A stretch of 64,000 bases of DNA from Epithemia pelagica (taxonomy: Eukaryota; Protista; Bacillariophyta). Both the position numbers and the translations under genes were made by a program. Shown in pieces: positions 1-9,200 of the stretch. Where the stretch lies: assembly GCA_946965045.2 (NCBI GenBank), contig OX337235.1, positions 310,001 to 374,000 on the forward strand, read 5' to 3'. The notes under the pieces are model-generated. The model was not told the DNA's origin. It made no database searches and saw only the letters and a list, made by a program, of their open reading frames with translations. Position 1 is the first letter of the stretch, and the number at the start of each line of letters is the position of its first letter.

Positions 1-64
1 TCTTTGAAAAACGTTCAAATTCTAGCTCCTAGAGTGCATCAAACAAAAACCGGAACACACCATC

Positions 65-1255
65 ATGAATCAAGATGAGGACTCTGAATCTTCCTCCTTG
101 GCACATTTGACACAAGTAGATGCTGCTCATGGCAATGGGTCAACTGTGGATCAAGATGATGGACTCCACAGCGGCTTGGGTCTGGAGGAGTTACGGACTC
201 GGGCACGCAAACATGTAGAAGAGGTAAGCCATGTGTGTTGGACTGCATCGTTCATTTCTCTACAAATGTCGTCCTGATTGAAAATGCCAGTACATCCGAG
301 GCATTCCAATGAGCGAGAAGCTCGAATACATGGAAGGTCTCTCCAGGTCTCCAGATCTTGTCGCTTCAGAGTCAGATCCTCTTCAATTTGTGCGCTTTTG
401 CAACTATAACGTGTGGGCGGCAGGGGAACGTCTTGTACGATACTGGAAAGCACGAAAGGAGGCATTTGGTGATGAACGTGCTTTCTTGCCGTTGATCCTC
501 ACAGGAAGGGGTGCCCTGACCGATGGTGATGTACTTCAGCTGAAGGCTGGGTATCCAGCTGTACTTCCAAACACACGAACTGGCCTTCAAGCTGTGTTTT
601 GTGATCGTCGACAGAGCCTTCAATCAACATCTGTGGAATCACGAGTGCGGTGTGCCTTCTACATTGGTCATCTCCTATCGCAAGATCCGATGGCTCAATC
701 AGATGGAGTGGTTTGCCTGGTCCTGCTGACGACTCCTCGAGTTCAAGGTTATGACCCAAACTTCATAAGGAGAATATATACCTTGGGGAAACATGTGCTT
801 CCCATTAAATGGCAACTTCATGTTCTCAACTATTTACCTAAAAGCCCTGCTAAACGATTCGCCGTGCAGGATCTGATCACCTCGTACGTTGCTGAGATTA
901 TGAAGATTGGCTTTGGGCCTGAAGATACAGAAATCCATATTGAACGTGAAGATGGACAAATACTACAAGAACTTCTCGATATTGGTCTGCCGACAGAGGG
1001 AATTCCAGATGCCGCGGGTGGATCATGGAGCTTTGAGCAGTCTGCCAAATGGTGCCGAGAAAGAGCCACAGCCGAAAGACACAAGTATCACAACCTACAA
1101 TCATCTCCACAGCGAACAGCGGCGGCTACTGCATCTCCTGCTCGACCAGTAGTTGAATCTATAGGAGTGCCTACTGAACAAATGAGTCGAGTGACAAGCA
1201 CTTCAACGATGGCGGGAGCAAGTTCCTGTTCATCTGTTGTCATGGACGAGGCTAC
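65..1255 (+). pseudogene. 5' part (exon 1 65-223, intron 224-290, exon 2 from 291) of a CRAL-TRIO/Sec14-like + bZIP gene (paralog A), interrupted by copia element 1
   Basis: GT..AG intron joins RARKHVEE|YIRGIP in frame, at the same position as in the paralog at 27486-29598. Motifs ESDPLQFVRFCNYNVWAAGERLVRYW and FGDERAFLPLILTGRGALT match that paralog. The frame runs into LTR sequence at 1256. Confidence 0.85.
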
Positions 1256-1650
1256 TGTTAGAGCCAGTTGCTCAGCCTTCAGCCTATGCAATGGCACGCT
1301 TGTTTCTCCTTACAAACTTCGTTTTCGCTATAGAGTGAGCTCTCTCAGCTCGTCGTTAATCTAGTCTTAGTTTGAGCTTCCACGACCTTCTCCGATCAAA
1401 ATGTCCCTGTAACTTCTTGTCGTGGTCATTCCATAGGCATTAAGACCGGCGTCTGATCCGGCCATGGCTTTTCCTTTCTTGTTATCCTTGTTATCATGAT
1501 GTGGTTGACTTGTGTCCCCATCTGTATTGCTGCCGTCCCAGTATGACTTCTTGTCTCCCTGGTGGACAAGTTTGGTCTTTGGCGTAATCGGCATTGCTTC
1601 CGAATGACCAGCTTCCGAATCGTTCGTCCGTCGGTTCTCGTGCTTCAACA
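1256..1650 (-). repeat. 3' LTR of element 1 (395 bp)
   Basis: Matches 14881-15275 except at two positions (gagcc/gaacc, ccatagg/ccaaagg). Confidence 0.97.
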
Positions 1651-4600
1651 CACTCCTTGGGTCCTCCATCTGGTCAGTTGGTGGATCCATTCCCATTACA
1701 AGGTTCCGCAACTTGTGAAACAGGTGTCCTTGAAGAGGCTTTGTGAAAAAGTCCGCTATCATGTCCTTGGTTGGACAGTGTTCGATTGATATTTCCCCTT
1801 TCTTCACTTGGTCGGTGATATAACAATAACGTATGTGCATGTGTTTGGTTCATTTCGTGCTTCATTGACGTCCATTCTTCTCAAGAAGTATAGAACTCAA
1901 GTTATCTTGATACAGCACGTTTGCAGCGATGGAAAACCCTTGCGCTTCCAAGAACATTTTGGTCCACAATATCTGTGGAAGGACATCGTGCACGCCGACA
2001 ATCTCACTTTCAGTCGAGCTACGAGTCACCATCTTTTGTTTCCAAGATCCACTGAACACTGAGCCTTTACCCATTGACATCGTTGCTCCTGTATGACCCC
2101 TCATGTTGGGGTGCACTGCATATGAAGCATCAATCCACCATTGCAGTTTTGCATCATCCTCTACCCGTAGAGTTAAAGGAAGCGACCGGGTTCCTTGTAG
2201 ATACTTCATCATTCGACTGAGTTTACTGTAATCATCTTCGTCAGGGCAAGTTAGTCGCCCGCACAGGAAAGACACTGCTGTACAGATATCAGGACGACCC
2301 CTCTGACTGAGATATAGGGCTTGCATTACAAGGTGCACAAAAATTTCCTTCTTCTTGGAATTTCAAGTTGGTGTACCGTTCGTGTTCACCTTGAACAAAC
2401 TGCTGGAAGCGGGTGTTGATGCCACTCGTATCATGTCCTTGGGCATGTCATTGATCATATTGTTGATGTAGCTCTCCATTCTGATAATCACTGACCCCTC
2501 CACTGAATAGTCAAGTATCATACCGAGTTAGTCGTGCACTTTTCCTCGTGACATGGTTAGGGGTCCTTCTTTCCCAAAGGTTTCTTCCATTTGTTGAATG
2601 AACTGATCTACCACTGTGCTGGACTTGTGTGAAACCTTGATATCGTCCACATGCCAGGTGACTGTCAATTGGCCACCACTGCACTCCTTATTCGCCACAC
2701 ACTCATCGTATGGGTTCACAACAAAACCCCATTCAACCAGTTGCTTGCTTAGCATCTCCCAAAATAGCCGAGCTGCCTTTAGAGTACCGTAAAGGGCCTT
2801 GTCCAACACCACGTACAACGCTTTCTCCCCTCGTTCATAGCATATGTAGCCGGCATAGCATGGGTCAATTTCCAGTAACATCTCTAGCATTTCCCCAGTA
2901 AATCTGATGTAAACAATGTCGTCCATATCTGCCTGCATAAAGGCCCCTGGGACATCTACCACTGCAACGTCTCGTTTTTCTTTTGCATCGATAGCGGCTG
3001 TTAGTAAAACCGACTCTGTTTTTACTGTAGGTGACGTCGAATCCTCTTTGGGTATATAATCGCGCTGTTTGCGCCCATCCGCGCATCCGCGACCCTTCAC
3101 TTTGCCTGTTCTCTTCCTTTTCAGGAACATAAGATAGGCCAGTGCATCTCTTCGTTGTTTTGGTGTTAAGCTATACCGCGCGACCGGCCTCATAACCTTT
3201 CTGTCATGCAGTTGTCTCATCTCTTTCTGAACAGCGTCCAATCCTTCTTCGCCGAACTTTTTCAACCCCAACTTCAATGACATTTGTGGAGTCTCCACGG
3301 TATCTTCAACTCCTGCCACTTCAGCCATGACTGCACCATCCTCGTCATCATTTTCTCGGTCGCTTGTGTCAAACTCCTCAGGATTGTATCTGTGACTATA
3401 GTCTCGTGTTCTGCGGCTTCGTAAGCTGTATCTTCCTTCATTCTCACGGTTGCCACTTTCCTCCTCATCATGTTGAGACTGGTCATCACCTTTTTCAGCC
3501 GCGGCCATCACTGGGTCATTATTTTCGTCCGTATTGTTCACGGGCCTCTCTTCCTGTACTTCTTCAATCGGCACGTCATCCACGTCGGCGTCATCATCGA
3601 TAGGGTCCATAGCATCATCCTCCGGCTCCTGTTCCATGATAACTGGTGGCACTCCTTCATTTTCCGCTACCTCCATTCCGGGCAACACTCCTTGGTTTTC
3701 CTCCACCACGGACAACACTCCTTGGTTTTCATCCTCATTGTCGGCAATCTCATCCTCTGGATCGTCGTACTCGTCGTAATCGTCGTCTATTTCGTCCATC
3801 TCGTTGGGGTTAAAGTCGTCATCGTCTTCGTCGTCATCATCCAAATCAAGAATGTTTGCCAGGTTGTTTCTGTCCCCGAACACAAGACCAGGGTTTGCCT
3901 TTTGTTGTCGTGCCATCCTGTGCACCCGATCGATAACATCGTCAGGCATAGGTAGAGCAGTTGCGTGTAGTCGATTAATAACTCGTCCCGTTGAAAGACT
4001 GAGAAAATAATAACTTCCTTGGGCGTTTCCGGTTGGTCGTAGTGCGAGTGCCCCAATTGTCCTTGGGTTCATAGAGTTGTCGTGCTCTTCGTGTGTTTGG
4101 CAGTATTCCCCGAATTGATACTTGCAGTGGCGGCTATAATCTAACTTTTGTCCTGTAATGATCGTTCTGGGACTTGCCTCTTGAGATACGCCACTCGCAA
4201 TAGGAAACCCGTTCAGCCAGAACACAGCCGACTTTGCCATTTTGATGACTAGTCTCCCAGGTATTTTCTTGAACGGTAGTGTATTGTAAGTTGCCCGAAT
4301 CCGCTCCTTCATCGTCCTGATGTATCTTTCCACGTCTCCAACGTGTTCGTCTCTCGAAGTATCATTGAGTGCGATCCCCATGTCGGCTAGAGCGCCCTTC
4401 AAATACGAGAATGCGCCATCCATCAGTGACGATTCCACCTTGAAACCGGCTCTTCGATATACCTGGCAGATGTGTTTGATTGCTTCCAACATTGGGCCTT
4501 CTTTCAAGCTCACCATGGCTTCGACTGTACCAAACTTGATGTTTCTTGAAATGCTAGCTAGCATTGGGATGTTGTTGATATGTAGCACGTCCACACAGAT

Positions 4601-5514
4601 GGTCACACGTCTGTACTTCTCCAGAATAACATTGGGGACTGGTGTCACGGGTGAGTCCACAATAGGTGGTCGCCTTCGAGTCGTCTTTCCTTTCAGGGCT
4701 CCAATGTCAGGCCCAAAAATGTGTTCTGCAGCCAATATATCGGCCCTCGTCACTGGACAATTTGGTAGGGAACTTCCTTCCACAATTTTAATGTAGTCCC
4801 TTGTACTTGGTCGTCCAATCTTGATTTGAAGTTCTCGTGCTCTAAGGGCTCTCATGTAGTCGTTGTTGGTGTATTTAGATTTATTGTCCCTGACTGTATT
4901 CACCACCAACATATGTCCATCATCATGCATCTCATCATTTGGGCTTGAAGTGTCTAGGTAGTGTAGTCCCGACTCGGCTTCCTTGAAAATATGCCTTTTT
5001 CCGTCTGGCTTATAAACAGTGAACTCGCCCCCGCTTTTCTTGACCACATAGTCCACCCTTCCATATTTCTTTCTGATCCGACTGAGACTCAGCACATTTG
5101 CAATTCCTTTTGGGTTGTGCCACACCTCACCATATCCTTCCAAGTCTCCAACCATGTCAATTGTGCGTCTTCCTGCATTGCAATAGATATTAATCTCCTT
5201 ATTTGTCTTACGTATATTCTTGAGCAAGGCTCTGTTACTGAAACAATCCACCGTCGACTGACTATCCAGAAGGATCCACGTCTTGGGTACAATATCGTTA
5301 GATTGGGAAAACGAGAACATCACAGCATTTACTTCAGTGCTCTCACCGTTGTTGTTGTTGTCATCATTGTTGTTGTTACCGTTTCCTTCTTGACCCTGCT
5401 GGTGTGGGCAGTCTCTTGCGTAATGACCTGGTCCTCCGCAGTTGTAACAGATGACTTGACTCATGTCTCTCCCATTAGTCGAGGTTTGTGCAAATGCCAC
5501 TCCGTCATTCTCAG
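1367..5514 (-). pseudogene. Downstream part of element 1 gag-pol (CCHC knuckle, protease, integrase, RT, RNase H) with four in-frame stops
   Basis: CYNCGGPGHYARDC; LLDSQSTVD; integrase VDVLH..LMDG..DVERYIR; RT VVDVPGAFMQ and WHVDD; RNase H WIDASYAVH, STESE, QDNLSS. Stops at 2528-2530, 2363-2365, 1862-1864 and 1850-1852, all in one frame. Confidence 0.92.
1651..1667 (-). other. Polypurine tract of element 1
   Basis: Minus strand GGAGGACCCAAGGAGTG immediately precedes the 3' LTR start TGTTG. Confidence 0.7.
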
Positions 5515-6297
5515 TGTTACAATTCTTTCTGAATCGTAGGGACATTGATGCTCGGTAGAGCAGACAATCAGGTAGGTCACCAACCGATACAAGCTTCTCA
5601 GGGTCAGAGAAGCAAGCAAGTCGAAGTCTATCAGAAGGATAGTCGGGACACAAAAGAAGATGTGATAAATGGTGATATTGTTAGATTGTGTGTTGATTAC
5701 TACGATAGGTCTACGTGAAATGTTCGGTCCTGCCAAGGGTCATGTGTCATAGGTTCTTGGCGGCAACAGGTTTGGAATAGTTGGAGTCGATTCATGTGAT
5801 GTATATGACATGTATATGTGGACGGATAACATATACAGGGTCAACAGCTCTTGCTTTGGGTTGGCATAGTTGTTTTCATGGCGCGCAGCTTGTTGACAAT
5901 TTGGAGATTGTGGGAATGGAAATATGGTCTCGCGTGATCGTGTGTCGTGCTTGGAATACTTAGACCGTTGGGTCGGATAGATGCCGACAGCGCTCGGATG
6001 TCGCTTGGGCGCGCTCGATGATTTCGGGCGCGTACGCTTAGGGCGTTAGTATAATGTCCGAGCAACGGCCAAATTTACGTCCGTTGTAATACCGCACGAC
6101 CCAGTTTAGTCTTGAGAGTGAGTTCGTCAATCTATTCTCACTTTTCATGATTTGCGAAGAAATATAGGTCGATATAGCGCGAAGCTAGGGAACATAGCTC
6201 GAAGCTAGATGGCATGATGCGATAGCACGAGGCTATGTGACATGGGGAATCGATGAGATGTAGAATCTAACCACCATAGACGGTGAGAATTCTAACA
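5515..6297 (-). repeat. 3' LTR of element 2 (783 bp)
   Basis: Near-identical to 13116-13898; at least one mismatch (cagacaatca vs cagacagtca). Confidence 0.97.
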
Positions 6298-9200
6298 CTC
6301 CCCACAACTTGTCGTTTCAGCCTTGTCATCATTGGATTTGTTGAGGTCTTGAACTTCTCCTTTCCAAAACAACAATGGCTTGAGCATGGGCGAAATAGAT
6401 ACGAAATCCCAATGTTTGCTAAGGATATCGGCAGGGTTGGTCTTTCCATCTTTCCAGTAGAATGCAACATACTTTGCTGCGATGGCTTCACAAACTCGGT
6501 GGTATGACAGAAGATGGTGTCTCTTGGATAGTATGGAATGAGGAACGGTTGCATTGAGCACAACAGATCTGTTATCTCCGTACATGTAACTTCGCTCTCG
6601 GATAGGTACTCCAAGGTAGCGGAGGGAATGTCGTAATTCTGTAATCTGATCTATTGCTGTCCTTGCAGCCACAAACTCAGATCCATAGGTAGCAGTTTCC
6701 ACCGTGCTCTGTCTCTTGCTGTACCAGTCAATAGGTGTTCCGTTCAACAAATGTAGAACAGCAGTGACGGATTTACCAGTGACTATGTCATGCATGAGAT
6801 TGGCATCAACATAATGAGTTGTGGTAACATAGCGGCCAAGAGGTGTTGGGCAGTCTTCAGGAATACGTTCACTTGCATTCGAATAGACAGTGCGAGTCCA
6901 ATCAAATTCTTGGGTAGGAAGACTTGAATAATCAGGCTCTCCAATCCTAAATCTGATTGCGCCTTCTGGGAGATGTGCAAGGTATCCATAGATACGCTTG
7001 GCTCTATCAAGATGTCCTTTCCTCGGAGCAGCACGAAAGCGTGATAGCGTCATTGTAGCGGTGAAGACGTCGAAACGACCAATAGTGATCACCCATTGGA
7101 GTTGTCCAATCAGAGTTTGGAAATGGCTAGTACCTTCTTCATCAAGGAGCTCAGAATCATCCAGTTCAGGATGGTCTCCACCAATAAGAGGTGTTTTGGC
7201 TTTCTTGGGTTTCTCCTTGAAGATCCGTTCGAAAGTGTCCATCATCTTACCAATGTAGCGTCTTGGATCTGCTACTAATGTTCCATCAGAATCCTTGGTG
7301 TAACAACATCCCAAGTGGAAATCAATAGGTTCATCTCCTTTGAGTTTGAAGTTGTATTTCTCCTTCAGGATCTTGCAGATATTCCCAGGATCAGTAGAAA
7401 TAATGGCTAAGTCATCAACGTATACGGCAATGTTTTCGTAACAGTCTTCTCCAGGTGCTTTCCTCATCCAGATATCCGGATCTGCTTTGCTTGGTGAAAA
7501 TCCCATGTCTGTCAAAACATCGAATAAGACATCATGCCAGCGTGCGCCTGATGACTTCAATCCATAAAGTGCCTTGTATATAATCAGGATGTGACCTTCT
7601 AATTCCTTGAATTCAGGTCCTGCGACAATGAAAATTTTCTCCCCTGTCAAGGCTTCCAGATATGCGTTTCCAATATCTGCTCCCCATATTTCCAAGTCAT
7701 TCAAAGTACCCAGGAATAAGGCAATGCGGAGGTTGCAAATGGAAACAACACCTGAATAGATTGTCTCAACAGGTTCTTTTGTGTGATGTCCATCTGCGAC
7801 AAGTCTTGCTTTATGTCGTCCATCATGTTTTACGTCAAAGACAAGATGTACACGTATCTTATGATATCCTTCAGGTGCATTGGATACTTTCCCTTTAATG
7901 AAGATGGCTTTCCCAAAATCCTTGAATGTCTTGTAGGACTGGATCTGTGACAATTCTAATTCTGTTGCATCCTGCCACTTTGTGTTGCCATGTTGTTTAT
8001 CAAGAGCGACAGCTTCCTCATAATTGCGTGGTACTTGGAATCCAAACTTATACTTGACGGAATGGTGAACTTGTTTAATCCTTGACTGTTTGGCTGCTCG
8101 AATGAGACGTTTGCTTGTTTTGACATAACGTTTCAAATGCTTCCATCCAGGTTCGTTGAGTAAATCATGTTTCTTTCCATAAATTGCTACAGTGATCGGA
8201 TCATCATTGGCGATGAATGATAAAGGTTCATAGGTAGTCTTCCCAGTTTCCCAATCAACAAGCAAATTATATTTGCTCCCCTTGTAATCTGGATCAGTTG
8301 TGTTCAGTGGGCCTTGATGGGCGATGACGTCCCTGAACCTGAAAAGATTATCTCCAGAGGTTTGAGCTTGGTTATCTCGTTCGATATACTCCATGAGTTG
8401 ATTATAGGATATCATCTCATCAACATCAGAATTTGTCTTTCGGTAGATGTATTTGACACGTTCTTCCTGTTTCGTTGCTTCTTCATTAAGATCAATGACT
8501 CGTTTGATGACACGTGCACGGTGTCGCTCTCCATTTTCTTCTGTGTCGCATAGGAATGTGCGTCCTATCATGTCGTCAAAATCGATCGTGGGCATTGGTT
8601 TGGATGGATCTTCACTATCACTGCGAATGAAGACAGTGTCAGCTTGCTTATCATTGTCATCCTTCTCAGACAAATCCTCCCCTGAAGGTCGATCCACTCG
8701 TAGGTTAGGTGTAGTGGATTCAACACGGCGAACGGCAGAACGGTAGATTATTTGGTTATCCTGGGTGAGAATCTTCCAAGTAAAAGAATCACCAACGTTG
8801 TGAGCAAAACCAACCCAGTGGCCAAGTTTCTCATCAGAAGAAGATGGATATGAACCAGAATTGGGTTCAGCGGGGTCAACACGGTAGTAAACCTCATCCC
8901 AGAAAGGAAAGAACAAGAGATGAGTAATGTCGGGTGGGCGTCCGGAGAGAGCCTCAAGAGGAGTGCGACCGGAATGGGTGGGTGATGATGTATGGTTCAA
9001 TAAGTCACAGACATACTCAAGGCAAAGAAGCCAGATGTTGGCAGGGCAACCAGTGGCATTCATGAGAGCGTTGGTCATACGTTTAACGGTCTGGTAACGG
9101 TTTTCAGCCTTATTCTGGTGTTGATGATAAGGTTCGGATCGATACTCCCCAATAAGCAAAGTGCGAAGAATGTCTTTGACCTTTTGAGAGATGAGAGATG

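Noticed and set aside
1256-1364. C-terminus of the 351-aa ORF (VRASCSAFSLCNG..SSLI)
   Set aside because: It is antisense LTR sequence and recurs at 14881-14989; it is not part of the host protein.
3681-3740. ENQGVL repeats in the element 1 IN-RT linker
   Set aside because: Short duplications in an acidic, hypervariable linker are common in copia elements.
5461-6065. Small ORFs duplicated at 13069-13666
   Set aside because: They are duplicated only because they lie in the two LTRs of element 2; no protein features.
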